Source: a virus (Duplodnaviria > Caudoviricetes). Taken from it: a stretch of 29,463 nt of DNA. The position numbers and the translations under genes are program-made. The notes under the pieces are model-generated. The model did no database searches, was not told the origin of the DNA, and saw only the letters and a program-made list of their open reading frames with translations. How positions within the stretch are numbered: position 1 is the stretch's first letter; every line of letters begins with the position of its first letter. This document shows, in pieces, positions 9,352 to 19,767 of the stretch. The stretch lies in IMG/VR virus record IMGVR_UViG_3300025018_000436, positions 1 through 29,463 of that record, one strand, 5' to 3'.

Positions 9352-12300
9352 TTGCTGTTTTTTTCTTCAGCTGCTAATGCTGCGAGTTGCTTTATTACTT
9401 CACCTGTTAAGATCTTCTTTGTGTATAGACTTTTTATATACGCGGCTTTTGCTTTTTTTGAGTCTATCTTTTTAAGCTCTTCAAATATATATTCAGCTCT
9501 GTTGCCGTTTGTTACTCCTAGTTGTTTTATACTACGCTCTTTGTATGTTAAGCCTAATGCCTTCTCTTCCATTGTGTCCTTAAGTCTTTTGACAACTTCG
9601 GGGTCTTCCTTGGCTGCTTCAAGTATTTTGGCTTTGACAATCTCCCGCGGCTTCCCCTTAATCTCTTCATATAGACTTTCTGCAGCTCTTTTTTTTAATA
9701 GAGAATCAGTTTTGCCTTCAGTTATTTTGTCAAATATCTGGTCAACTTCTTTGTTGTTTTTCTTTCCTCCTCTAACGCCGGAGAATCTACGAGTTATCTG
9801 ACCCATTGTCCCTTTTACGAAATTTCCTGAAACAAGTTCTGCAAGCTGTCTTCCGAGTCCTCCAGTTGTTGTGTTTACTGTGTTCTCCATGATAAGCGGT
9901 GATTGCTTTGTTATTTTTCCTAATTTTTTATAAACTTCAGGAGTTGTATCTCTGTATTGCTCTTCTGGACTTACTCCTTGCAAACTTCTTGGAACGATAG
10001 CTGATCCATAATATAAATTAGTATTTGTAACTCCCTCTATTGTAGCTTGAATCCATGGCGGAAGGACTGAAGATAAGGTCCTGCCTCGCTCTTGTTTATT
10101 GTATGGAATGCCTATAGGAGACAATCCGGACAAAGTACTGAGCGCTGCTTCTCCAAAAGTAGATGGGTCTTTTTCTCTCATAAAATCCATAGAAGAATCA
10201 AGTGTATTTGCTATCATCCTGCCTAAAAATCCTTTTGGTATTTTAAATCCAATGACGTCATCGCCGTTGTCTATCTCTTCTTGTGTGCGGTCTCTCGCTA
10301 TCAATATCCAGTTGTTTTCACGTTCTGATCTTGGTATGTCGTCAAAGTCCTCAAATCTACTATTAAGCATATATAGCAATACGGTTGGCATTCCAAACAT
10401 AACACTTGTTGCTATAATGGCTCCTTTTGGATTATCTTTGTATAATCTCACCAACTTCTCAGTTCCTTGTATTCCTACATTTAAAAATGGTATAGCTTGG
10501 TTAAATGTCTTTATTACAGTTCCGGACTTTGCAAAATCAATAGATACGTCGCGAGACCTGAAAGCAGCTTCGACGTTACTCTCTCCAGATTCTATCCCCG
10601 CTTTAAATCTTGCAATTCTTGTTGATTGCTCTCCTACTCTATTTGCAAATTCAATAAGTTTTACAGGACTGCTAATTAGTTCTTTTACCATGCTCCTTTG
10701 GCCACTCATTTCCGCAACAGTTTTTGTAGTTCTTTTAAATATCTGCTCAGTCAAGGTTGATTGCAGCCCTCCAGATTTTGCCCACTCTTGATATAATTCT
10801 CCTTTGTTTGCTGCTTCAAATATTGCTTGAGGATATGAGCCGAGAAACTTAAGCATTGCTTTTGCGCCCTTTTCGCTAAATTCTGTTGTCAAAGCGTCCT
10901 GCATGTCTCGTATTATATTTACTGGAATAAAAGCGATGTTCAAGCCTGTGGCTCCTGCTCTTAATATCTTTGCTTGTATAGAAAGGGTTTTTATTAATAT
11001 TCCTGAAGTTTCGGCATCAAGATTTTTTATAGAAGACTCAATAACTTCTGGCACTGCATACTTTACATTTTTTCCATTCTCGAATACATTGATTGTTCCC
11101 ATTCCTTTCGGAACGTGATCGCCCTTGACAGGAATGATAGTGTCTCTGTATACGCTTGGGTACTGCTTTCTCATATCAGTTAGGGACTTTATAGCAGCAT
11201 TCTTTTCAACAAGCGCCATAACCTTTGGTATTTTACGAACAAGCGCCTCTATTGGGTCGCCAACCTCTCCTGTATAGTCTTTTATTGCTCTCACTACGTC
11301 TTGGCTTGCTACGTTATACGAGTTGCCCGAGCCATATCTTCCTTTCTCCAGATTATCCGCTATATGCTCAATCGCCTCCATTGGAGTATAGAATTGATTA
11401 TTTTTTCTAATTTCTTTGAATGAAGCGTCGCTTATAATTCCGGCAGAGTGTAGCATATCGAGCATTTCATTACCAACTGCTCTTAGTTTATTTGCTGATT
11501 CTTGAAGTGTTTTAAATCCAGCATCGCCATATTTTGCTTTTAGTTCTGATATGCCCTGCTCTATTTGTTTAATATTTCTTTTTCTTTTGAGCCCTCGGTC
11601 TACCACAAGCTCTTGTTCTCGTTCTAGGACAAGGAGAGCTGATAAGTCGCCCTGTCTATCTTTTTCTGATTTTAGTATTGGGGCTACTTTTGTTTCTAAA
11701 AATGCTTCAACTTTGCCTGATACTCCAGCAAGTAGTCTTAATTTTCTATATGGGTTATTTTCTGTTGGTAGTTGTTTAGCGGCTTTATTTACAAAGTCAA
11801 AAATAGGGGTTAATCTATCTACAAGCTCTGTTCTCAATCTTTGAGATTTTGTGCCTTTTAAATCATTCTGTGCGCTATCTCGTAGTTTTCTCCCACCTTC
11901 AAATCCATCCTTTATATCTTCGATAACGCTGTCTGATGTAGTTTCTTTTGTAGTAGAGCTTACAGAGGGTTGTTGTTGTTTTTGACGTTTTTGTTGAGGT
12001 TGTTTACCAGTTTCTTTGCCCAAGAGAGCCTTTCCTGTTTCTTCACTGATCGTTCCATCTTTGATTTTGCTCTCTGTGTAGAGCCTTGTCTTTTCTTTAA
12101 CATCACTCATATTATACTCTATTTTCTCCAAAAATTCAATTGGGTAATCGACTAATACGGCATTATTCTTTCCCTTGCTATTGTCAATAACTTGTATATC
12201 TAGCTTGTCTCCATACCTTCTATGCGCTTTAAGAACAGTTTTTGGAGAACCTTCCAGATTGTCTAAAAATACTTCAAGGGGTACAACTCGTCCGTTTGTC

Positions 12301-15002
12301 GGATTTATTGCTCGAGAGACAACTCCATTATTCCAAGAGTCCATTGGCTCTCTATATACAAAAGCTATTCGAACATTAGCTCCGGTCTTTATTACTTTAT
12401 TTAGTTTTTTTAATGAGCTGCCCGATGAAAAGTTGCCGTCAAGCCCACCTGCTAAATCGCTCGTAATATCTGAGTATTTACTTATCGCTGTTGACTTTCC
12501 TGTTCCACTTGCTCCGGCCATGAACAAGTAATTATCGTTTGGCTTAAGTTTTGCCACTTGTCGTTTAAATATCTCGTTGGCTAATTTAGAAGACCTTTTG
12601 TGAAATTCTGCAGAGTTTGTCCGATTATAGCCTTCAGAGGTGTATAATTCCCGAACATTATCCGTATTTAATAGTTGGTCTTTATACTTCTTGTTGTATT
12701 GGTCTATTTTGGCTTCATCTGTTTTTGTAGCAACGGCTTGAGGAGTGGTCTTTTGAGCCTTATTCCATATGTCGGTGAGTTGGGATTTGGTTTTGACTTT
12801 TAAGAAATCAGCACCCTCTTTGGTTAGGCTACTGTCAACTTCTATATTTGGCATGTCTTTTTTAGCTAATGCAAGAAGTTTTGTCGCAATGCCTTTATTC
12901 CTAAAGTTGGGACTTGTATATATATTTGATAAAACAAAACCTTTTTCACTATTCCCTGTATAATTCAAAGCACCAATAATCCTATCATTCGAATCTTTAT
13001 ATAAATATCTACCGCCCCCAAACTCTCCTTTGGTCACAACAACATTATTGACTCGTTTTTTTACAACCTCTTTTCCTATTCTCTCTTGTATTTGTTGCGA
13101 ATTTATATCGTCAAGATATAGTTTCAAATTATTATTTGACAATTCTTCTGTCCCAATTACTGGCTCACCTCTCACTGGTAGTTTTCTTTTTTGACTTTTC
13201 ACAAACTCCTCCGCACTCTTGTACTTTCGAGCCTCCACCTTCAAGGCTTCTGTTGGGTCTGTCTTAACCTTCAATGTAGGTTGTTTAAATTCTTTAGCAC
13301 TAAATTCTTCTACTCCCTTGATAAAATCATCGTAAGAAGTTCTATTAGCCTGTACTACGGATGGTCGATTTTTATTATACTCAGCAATTCGAGCCTCTTT
13401 AGCCAATGCATTCTTCTTTTGTAAACTATTCCTGTAGGCTTCTGTAGGGTCTACTTTTGGTTTTATGTTTCCTTTTGAGAGAATATCATCAATACGTTCA
13501 ATTTGATTGACCGCCTCATTAAGATGTAAATTGTCTGTATTCCCAAATACTTCTACATTTTTTATATAGTAGTCTTGTTTCCAATTACCCGATGTGCCAA
13601 CACCTTCATTTACAATTTTATTGAGTGCTGCTTTGAGAGCTTTAAGATCATTAGGATTTTTAGCTGTACTTATAATTCTATCTGTTTCTTGTTTTATTAT
13701 TTGTGCGCCCTCTTCTGCTGTTTTAGCATTTTGTAATGAATTTTCAATTTTAGTTTTGTATATATCTGTACTTAGATATCCTCCCTCTTTAACATCTCTC
13801 GGGAGTTTTGCATATGCTTGCGCTGATCCCATCGCTATATCTGTAGCGACTGATCCTCCGGCTCCCATTATTGACCCAAAGAATGCTGATTCTGGTACGC
13901 CTGCAAATACGTCTCTTTTATGATCGTAGTAAACTTGGGCAACAGAATTTTGAACAACCTGCTGCATTCCTTCAGTGATTCCCTCCTCTGGAATAGATAC
14001 CGCCATGTTTTTTAATATTTGTTTTACAGTAAATCCTATTGCTTCATCTCCTCCAAATTTATTAAGAATGCTGCTAATACCAATTGTGTCAAGCGCCCCA
14101 TTAATAGTTCCGACTAGGTTGGCTGTTTTAATAGCTGTCTCTTCATCTGCTCCGGAATTTTTAGCTTCTCCGTATACGTCTCCTGCATTCTGTAGGTATG
14201 ATGGAGCAAAGCCCGCTGCATAACCAAGCACTGGATTTTTAGATATTGCTGTTGTTGTTGCTCCAATTCCAAGTGATACGAGAAAGCTAGGTACGTTTAC
14301 AGATAACATTCTCCCCACCCATTTTGGATCCTTGAGATTTTCGGTAAAGCTTCCATGGTCTTCTATAGCTCCAATATTTTTATTCATTTCCTGTTCAGTT
14401 TTTTCTACACCCTGCATTCCACTTTCAAGAATACTTTTTTTAAATCTTTCTGTTGTTATGTTGGATTTTGCCACTGATGATTTTGTTCTAGCTAGAACAT
14501 TGTATAAATCCTCATTAACTCCGGCCTTGCTCAATGATGGTAGGTCTTTATATTCTGGTGAATTAAAATTAGCACCATGTAGATATGGATTTGCTCCTGT
14601 CCTATTTAAGACATCTATCCCGACACCTAGTCCAATTTTAGTCTTATCCACCATCTGCCTTGCTCCGTACGGGAACGCTTTTCCTACTTCCTGTGCGAGA
14701 TTTTTCCCATACTCTATTGCTCCTTTTGTCTTATCTAAAAAGCTTGTGTTTTGTGGTTGCTGTGTTTGTTGAGTCTGTCTAGTAACCGGAATATTTGAAG
14801 CAATTGGAGTAGATAGAGAGACTGGGGATGATTGAGGCACTGGAGCAACTGGAGTTGGAGCCTTGTTCATACTGGCTAATATTTCAGTGTGCGTCGGAAG
14901 TAGAGTTTTTTGAGATGATAATGGCTGCTTAGTTTGCTTGTCGGCTATATTATTTTTTTTTCCAAGACTTGCTATTATCTGCTCATGGTTGGGAATAGCC
15001 AT
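9348..15002 (-). CDS. Large polyvalent (probably ejected) virion protein: GNAT + zeta-toxin-like kinase + LPD38-like C-terminus
   Basis: GNAT motif A IYTSPNFRNKGIATKLL (~12870-12925); Walker A MAGASGTGKST (~12490-12525), LDGNFS, IAFVYR, NGRVVP; C-terminal 'RDVSIDFAKSG...IPFLN...IPRSERENNWI...KIPKGF'; N-terminal 'EEGITEGMQQ...GVPESAFFGSIMG' typical of podovirus internal proteins. Confidence 0.8.
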   Translation of the reverse strand: MAIPNHEQIIASLGKKNNIADKQTKQPLSSQKTLLPTHTEILASMNKAPTPVAPVPQSSPVSLSTPIASNIPVTRQTQQTQQPQNTSFLDKTKGAIEYGKNLAQEVGKAFPYGARQMVDKTKIGLGVGIDVLNRTGANPYLHGANFNSPEYKDLPSLSKAGVNEDLYNVLARTKSSVAKSNITTERFKKSILESGMQGVEKTEQEMNKNIGAIEDHGSFTENLKDPKWVGRMLSVNVPSFLVSLGIGATTTAISKNPVLGYAAGFAPSYLQNAGDVYGEAKNSGADEETAIKTANLVGTINGALDTIGISSILNKFGGDEAIGFTVKQILKNMAVSIPEEGITEGMQQVVQNSVAQVYYDHKRDVFAGVPESAFFGSIMGAGGSVATDIAMGSAQAYAKLPRDVKEGGYLSTDIYKTKIENSLQNAKTAEEGAQIIKQETDRIISTAKNPNDLKALKAALNKIVNEGVGTSGNWKQDYYIKNVEVFGNTDNLHLNEAVNQIERIDDILSKGNIKPKVDPTEAYRNSLQKKNALAKEARIAEYNKNRPSVVQANRTSYDDFIKGVEEFSAKEFKQPTLKVKTDPTEALKVEARKYKSAEEFVKSQKRKLPVRGEPVIGTEELSNNNLKLYLDDINSQQIQERIGKEVVKKRVNNVVVTKGEFGGGRYLYKDSNDRIIGALNYTGNSEKGFVLSNIYTSPNFRNKGIATKLLALAKKDMPNIEVDSSLTKEGADFLKVKTKSQLTDIWNKAQKTTPQAVATKTDEAKIDQYNKKYKDQLLNTDNVRELYTSEGYNRTNSAEFHKRSSKLANEIFKRQVAKLKPNDNYLFMAGASGTGKSTAISKYSDITSDLAGGLDGNFSSGSSLKKLNKVIKTGANVRIAFVYREPMDSWNNGVVSRAINPTNGRVVPLEVFLDNLEGSPKTVLKAHRRYGDKLDIQVIDNSKGKNNAVLVDYPIEFLEKIEYNMSDVKEKTRLYTESKIKDGTISEETGKALLGKETGKQPQQKRQKQQQPSVSSTTKETTSDSVIEDIKDGFEGGRKLRDSAQNDLKGTKSQRLRTELVDRLTPIFDFVNKAAKQLPTENNPYRKLRLLAGVSGKVEAFLETKVAPILKSEKDRQGDLSALLVLEREQELVVDRGLKRKRNIKQIEQGISELKAKYGDAGFKTLQESANKLRAVGNEMLDMLHSAGIISDASFKEIRKNNQFYTPMEAIEHIADNLEKGRYGSGNSYNVASQDVVRAIKDYTGEVGDPIEALVRKIPKVMALVEKNAAIKSLTDMRKQYPSVYRDTIIPVKGDHVPKGMGTINVFENGKNVKYAVPEVIESSIKNLDAETSGILIKTLSIQAKILRAGATGLNIAFIPVNIIRDMQDALTTEFSEKGAKAMLKFLGSYPQAIFEAANKGELYQEWAKSGGLQSTLTEQIFKRTTKTVAEMSGQRSMVKELISSPVKLIEFANRVGEQSTRIARFKAGIESGESNVEAAFRSRDVSIDFAKSGTVIKTFNQAIPFLNVGIQGTEKLVRLYKDNPKGAIIATSVMFGMPTVLLYMLNSRFEDFDDIPRSERENNWILIARDRTQEEIDNGDDVIGFKIPKGFLGRMIANTLDSSMDFMREKDPSTFGEAALSTLSGLSPIGIPYNKQERGRTLSSVLPPWIQATIEGVTNTNLYYGSAIVPRSLQGVSPEEQYRDTTPEVYKKLGKITKQSPLIMENTVNTTTGGLGRQLAELVSGNFVKGTMGQITRRFSGVRGGKKNNKEVDQIFDKITEGKTDSLLKKRAAESLYEEIKGKPREIVKAKILEAAKEDPEVVKRLKDTMEEKALGLTYKERSIKQLGVTNGNRAEYIFEELKKIDSKKAKAAYIKSLYTKKILTGEVIKQLAALAAEEKNSN

Positions 15003-15007
15003 AGTTA

Positions 15008-15685
15008 TTAAGATCCAGACAAGCTATCAATTAATAATTGCATATCCTCTTCATCGGTATTTGCTGGCTTGTATAGATAGTCTAATTGCTCTTTTCTTGT
15101 GGCTTGAAGTAAGTTAGCTTGCTCAAGTTTTTTCTGTTCGGTTGTTGTAAAGTCTCCTGCTCCTGAATCAAGTCCAGAAACCATATCATAGACATCTTCG
15201 ATCTGTTTTAAAGCGGTAACAGTCCGGATTCCTTTGCTATATGCAAGCTTTATCACTTCCTGCTTACTTCTGCCACCAAATGGGTCATAAGATGAACTTT
15301 GATCTTCTAATGCTGGCATTTCCGGTCCTTGTAAAACATTTTCGTCATATTGAGCTTTCAATTCTTGTTGTTGATTTTCGTTCAGTGTCATCCCAGCTGC
15401 GCTTTCAGCTGCGCCCAAATAATCCTCCCAAGCTATATCTGGAGCTGCTTGTGTATCGGTAGTCTCTCCGCGTGCTTCTTTATTCGCTAGTATTCTTTTT
15501 CTCTCAACAAGAGCCTCTGAAATTTGGCGCATACTAGATCCATTCTTTTTTGCTGCCTCTGCAATAGATCTATCTTCTGGAGCTATACTAAATGATCCAT
15601 TTTTCTCCATATCCTTTTTTTCTTTATCTCCCACATTATCCTCTTGGGATATTATTGGTGTTATTAGATTATTTTGTTTTATCAT
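15008..15685 (-). CDS. Putative internal virion/ejection protein
   Basis: 225 aa, helical and acidic; lies just upstream of the giant gene. Confidence 0.5.
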   Translation of the reverse strand: MIKQNNLITPIISQEDNVGDKEKKDMEKNGSFSIAPEDRSIAEAAKKNGSSMRQISEALVERKRILANKEARGETTDTQAAPDIAWEDYLGAAESAAGMTLNENQQQELKAQYDENVLQGPEMPALEDQSSSYDPFGGRSKQEVIKLAYSKGIRTVTALKQIEDVYDMVSGLDSGAGDFTTTEQKKLEQANLLQATRKEQLDYLYKPANTDEEDMQLLIDSLSGS

Positions 15686-15688
15686 ATA

Positions 15689-16993
15689 TTATAATAATTT
15701 TGTCCAGCCACTCTTTGTAAATTGCCACATTGATCCGGTTGTTGGATCAACCCATATATATCCCACGCCTTGTGATGGAGTAAATTGTGGCTTTTGACTT
15801 GTTGTAACGCTTCTGTTTGTAGTTGTCGTGGTAGTTGTTGGCGTTTCTAAACCAGACATAAAGTCGTTTACTATATCTGTTGTTGTTGGCGCCTTTGCTT
15901 CTTTTTCAAAGTAATACTGCTGTCCTCTTGAATCAGTGAGTGTAACGAGTCTATCTGAAGCTACAGAGCTTGGATTTGTTATCATCTTTGCTCCGGACGT
16001 TGCCATTTCATTTGTAAGATCTCGAACTTCATTTGAGTACTCAGCATTTGCAAGTTTGACACTTACTTGTTCTGGCGTATCAGTTAGCTTAACTCCGGCC
16101 TGTCCTAGAAGTGACGCGGTTGCCGGATTAATCATGAGCTGCTTGAAATAGTCTGATGTTTCAATAGCACTATCAAGGAACGTTTTAGCGATACCAACTT
16201 GATCTTCTGCTATCCTCTTATCAGTTGCATCAAGAGAAATAATGTCTCTATTATTCAAATTCAATATAGTTTCATAATATTTGAGCCTATCTTGTCTATC
16301 TGCTGTAATAGCGCCTATAGATCTATCAATGAGCGTTTCAGCTTGTGCAATCTGGCCATTACGAACATTAATAACGGCCTCAATAACTCCAGCGCGTGCA
16401 GCTACATCATCCATCGTTTTTTGAATACGTGGATTTCTAATTGCTGATAGTCCGGTAACTTCTCGTTGCTGTTTAATAAGATCGTTTCCCTCTGTAAGGA
16501 GAGAGTCTAATTCTCTTGCAAGTGATTGATTTGCTTCAAAGTTTTCGTTTATATATAATCTTTCTCGTTCTGCTGTTTCTAGTTCTTCTCTAAATGGTGT
16601 GGTCAACTCTCCAACTTTTGTTAATGTTTCTTGTTCTTTTGCTCTCAGTTCTGCAAGTTTTTTATCATTTTCTTCTTTTTGTTTTTGTAGTATCGATTCC
16701 ATTGCTGCCCTTGATTTGTCTACATTTGCAGACAATGAAGACACCAAGCTATCTTGCGACCCTGAAGAGGTAGGAACGGATACTGGAGCTTGTATTTGAT
16801 TCGCTTTTATCTGATTATTTATATAGGAGACATTATCCGGATTTGTTTGTGCAATTACTTCATCTGATACCTTGTTGCCTTTAAAATCAACTCCAGCAGG
16901 TAGCAACTTGTTTCCATCGAATGCTTGGCCATTGTAATATGCTCCGTATTGCATTGGTTTTCCATCAGCTAAATTTCCGTTTATTACTGCCAT
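15689..16993 (-). CDS. Putative internal virion/ejection protein
   Basis: 434 aa, Gln/Ala-rich coiled coil, no Cys, Thr-rich linker, Trp-rich C-terminus; standard ejection-gene position. Confidence 0.55.
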   Translation of the reverse strand: MAVINGNLADGKPMQYGAYYNGQAFDGNKLLPAGVDFKGNKVSDEVIAQTNPDNVSYINNQIKANQIQAPVSVPTSSGSQDSLVSSLSANVDKSRAAMESILQKQKEENDKKLAELRAKEQETLTKVGELTTPFREELETAERERLYINENFEANQSLARELDSLLTEGNDLIKQQREVTGLSAIRNPRIQKTMDDVAARAGVIEAVINVRNGQIAQAETLIDRSIGAITADRQDRLKYYETILNLNNRDIISLDATDKRIAEDQVGIAKTFLDSAIETSDYFKQLMINPATASLLGQAGVKLTDTPEQVSVKLANAEYSNEVRDLTNEMATSGAKMITNPSSVASDRLVTLTDSRGQQYYFEKEAKAPTTTDIVNDFMSGLETPTTTTTTTNRSVTTSQKPQFTPSQGVGYIWVDPTTGSMWQFTKSGWTKLL

Positions 16994-17004
16994 ATGTTAT
17001 TATA

Positions 17005-17166
17005 TCAATTTTCTAACGTTAAACTTTCTATTTTATTTTTTACTTTTTTGTCTTTTTTGTCCTTTTTTACTCTCTCATCTTCTATTCGCTGTATCTTTTC
17101 CATCAATATATCCATTTGCGATAAAGTATTTTTAATGTGAGCTTTTGTTTCTTTTTTTGTTCTCAT
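17005..17166 (-). CDS. Small Lys-rich coiled-coil protein (53 aa)
   Basis: ATG at 17166 lies 1 nt after the upstream stop, so it is preferred over the track's 17286 start. Confidence 0.55.
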   Translation of the reverse strand: MRTKKETKAHIKNTLSQMDILMEKIQRIEDERVKKDKKDKKVKNKIESLTLEN

Positions 17167-17167
17167 G

Positions 17168-18331
17168 TTATATTGTAGGTGTAGCCCAGAACTTATTATT
17201 TTTATCAAACTCTTCCTCGGTCTTATCTTCAAATCTTTTTCCAGCATGGCCCTTTCTCCTCCTCCAAACCTGATAACCACCCCCATCTAATTTAATAAAT
17301 TTCATTTCCCCTTCTGTTGCCTCCAAGTATAGAGAATCTATATTGTCTTTACTATCACAAAAGTCCATAAACCAAACTTCTGGAGACTCCACGCAGTATA
17401 GGGCTTTGTAACCTTCAGACGTTGGGACAACAGCCGTTTTGGGTGTTCCACCAACATACAGAGGGCTATTAACATGAGTCTTTTGAGATGTGTCACACCA
17501 TAGAGCTTTTCCATTATTTGAATATAGCTGAACTTCGTCTGTATAAGATGTGAGAAGAACTTTTGCATTAAGTGTAATCATATGGAGGTTATTAGAACCA
17601 TCTTTATATATAGATCCATCTAAATTCACATTACCGTTTTTATAAAAAGCTATCTGATAATTATTATCCAATACCATTCCATTACCCACAATGTTTACTC
17701 CTCCTATTGTTAAAAGTCCTGAAGTAATCGATCCAAGTGTTCCAGCTGCGGATGATAACGTTCCGGAGAAAGTACCACTTGTAAAATTTATAGATCCAGC
17801 ACTGGATATTTTGATTGTTGCACCTGCATATGTTGTTGAAGCTCCCCACCACATATTTCCAGCGGTGTCAACATGAAATGCGCTAGTACCTACGCTTATG
17901 CTCCCACCTGTAATAACTAAGTTTGACGCCGTAACCGCTCCGGCACTTGATATTTTAAATGGAGCCGTCGCATAGGCATAAGAACCGGACCATATATTTC
18001 CATCTACGTCTACATGAAAGGATGTTGCATCTGCTCCACCAATGTCTATAGTACCTCCTGAAATAGATCCGACTATATCTGCCAAGGTAGCTGTCATATT
18101 GCCATCCATATCCACTCTAAATGGAGACTCGTCAAAATCGGCCTTGCCTAACCATATGCCATTGCTATCAGATCCAAAAACAGCATCACCATAGCCACGT
18201 TTAAAAGTATTGGAATACATTTCAAGACCTCCTAGTTTTTCGCCCATAGGACGATCTGTTGATGGAAAACTGAGCTCCACTTCTGCGGGATCTAACTTCA
18301 TCTTTGATGATAGGTCTTTTACTTTTGACAT
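17168..18331 (-). CDS. Tail needle/spike-like protein
   Basis: 387 aa; repeated 'F(R/H)VD..GN' beta units; C-terminal 'KTAVVPTSEGYKALYCVESPEVWFMDF' recalls C-termini of phage tail proteins. Confidence 0.65.
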   Translation of the reverse strand: MSKVKDLSSKMKLDPAEVELSFPSTDRPMGEKLGGLEMYSNTFKRGYGDAVFGSDSNGIWLGKADFDESPFRVDMDGNMTATLADIVGSISGGTIDIGGADATSFHVDVDGNIWSGSYAYATAPFKISSAGAVTASNLVITGGSISVGTSAFHVDTAGNMWWGASTTYAGATIKISSAGSINFTSGTFSGTLSSAAGTLGSITSGLLTIGGVNIVGNGMVLDNNYQIAFYKNGNVNLDGSIYKDGSNNLHMITLNAKVLLTSYTDEVQLYSNNGKALWCDTSQKTHVNSPLYVGGTPKTAVVPTSEGYKALYCVESPEVWFMDFCDSKDNIDSLYLEATEGEMKFIKLDGGGYQVWRRRKGHAGKRFEDKTEEEFDKNNKFWATPTI

Positions 18332-18333
18332 AA

Positions 18334-19767
18334 TTATCTTTCAATAAAATTTCCTAGTAATGATATTTTTCTGATTGGGCAGTCATTTGTTGCATTTCCG
18401 TTTGCGTAGCTTATAACTACCCTCACATCTTCGGCCGGTGCTAAGTTTATCGTCCTAAATACATGCCTTGTGTTACCAGTACCGCTTACAGTTAATGTAT
18501 TTGATGTTATTGCCCCTTGATTGCCTTCAAGCGTTATATCACACCTTGCATTTGCTCCGAGCGCCTTGGTGCTAACAACAACCGTTTGTATATTCCCCAA
18601 CATTCTTTTATTTGTTAAATCTTTAAAAGTACTACTCCAATTTGAATCAACAGCATATCCGCTAAACTTTGCTAATCTGTGGTTTGTTGTCCCATCTGTT
18701 GATGCAATAAGTGGAGTTCCAAAAGGTGCAGCAATACCGCCAATAGTTGCATATCCTCCATCTGCTAGTTTTGATATTTGAATAGGTAGTTGACTAACTG
18801 AAGCGCCGCTACTCCATATATCCGTACTTGAGACAAATAATATCGTATTTTTATATAATGTTTTTTGTCTATGGTCCGGTAATGTCCCATTAAAATATCG
18901 CAATGGTATCACTGTTCGTCCTGATAAATAACCAATGGCAAATCCACCTAGACTAAGATCTTTATAACATACATATATTGTTCCATTTAGAACGTATAGA
19001 AAGCCTATCTTCTGATCTCCAACACCTGTTTCATCTGATAGTATATTGGATATTGCAGACCCATCATACATATATATCTGACTCCTTTTTCCTTCTCCTG
19101 AATTGACCGCTATCCACCAAACATTTGCACTAAAAACTACGTCTACTACTTCGGCACCTTCTCCAAAGTCTAGTTTCTGGGTGTCAAGCGTTGCTAATCC
19201 TTCAACGTACACTCCTACATATCTTCCATTTCCAAAAACCATAATATCCTCTTTGACAGCTACAGGGTGAATAGCTTTCTCTAGAGCTTGATCTGCTACA
19301 GATCCCCATGTATGATCGATTACTTCTGTTGCTAATGGCATCTTGAATATATCTCCTCCTGATGCTTTGTTAAAAAATCCGTATAGATTTGTTTTTAATC
19401 TAATGACGCTTTCCCCTTCTGTCATGTTTGTTATTATTTGAGGCCAACTAGGCGAGCCTCCACTTGTTACGGCAGTTGAGCTTACTTTAAAAAGCTTTGT
19501 GGCTCCTATAGCGTAAGTGGTATCGCTCGCAGTTGGCTGGTCAAGTATGTATCGAATAATCTCCGATACGGTTCCGGCTTGTGTTCCGTTTGTTAGGTTC
19601 ACAAGAGCGGGACTTTGTGTAAGAAATCCGGGTTTTGAGATGATATCCGCCTTCATATCAGAGGCTTGGCCACTAGCGCCAATAAATGTTTTGCTGTCAA
19701 TATGGGAAAGCGGTGACAGCCCCTCGTTAAAATTTATTATATCTATACTAAAATCTATATCGCTCAT
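18334..19767 (-). CDS. Tail nozzle/hub-like protein (tail tubular B or P22 gp10 analogue)
   Basis: 477 aa, beta-propeller-like composition; N-terminal 'NFNEGL' and C-terminal strand pattern seen in podovirus nozzles; position. Confidence 0.55.
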   Translation of the reverse strand: MSDIDFSIDIINFNEGLSPLSHIDSKTFIGASGQASDMKADIISKPGFLTQSPALVNLTNGTQAGTVSEIIRYILDQPTASDTTYAIGATKLFKVSSTAVTSGGSPSWPQIITNMTEGESVIRLKTNLYGFFNKASGGDIFKMPLATEVIDHTWGSVADQALEKAIHPVAVKEDIMVFGNGRYVGVYVEGLATLDTQKLDFGEGAEVVDVVFSANVWWIAVNSGEGKRSQIYMYDGSAISNILSDETGVGDQKIGFLYVLNGTIYVCYKDLSLGGFAIGYLSGRTVIPLRYFNGTLPDHRQKTLYKNTILFVSSTDIWSSGASVSQLPIQISKLADGGYATIGGIAAPFGTPLIASTDGTTNHRLAKFSGYAVDSNWSSTFKDLTNKRMLGNIQTVVVSTKALGANARCDITLEGNQGAITSNTLTVSGTGNTRHVFRTINLAPAEDVRVVISYANGNATNDCPIRKISLLGNFIER

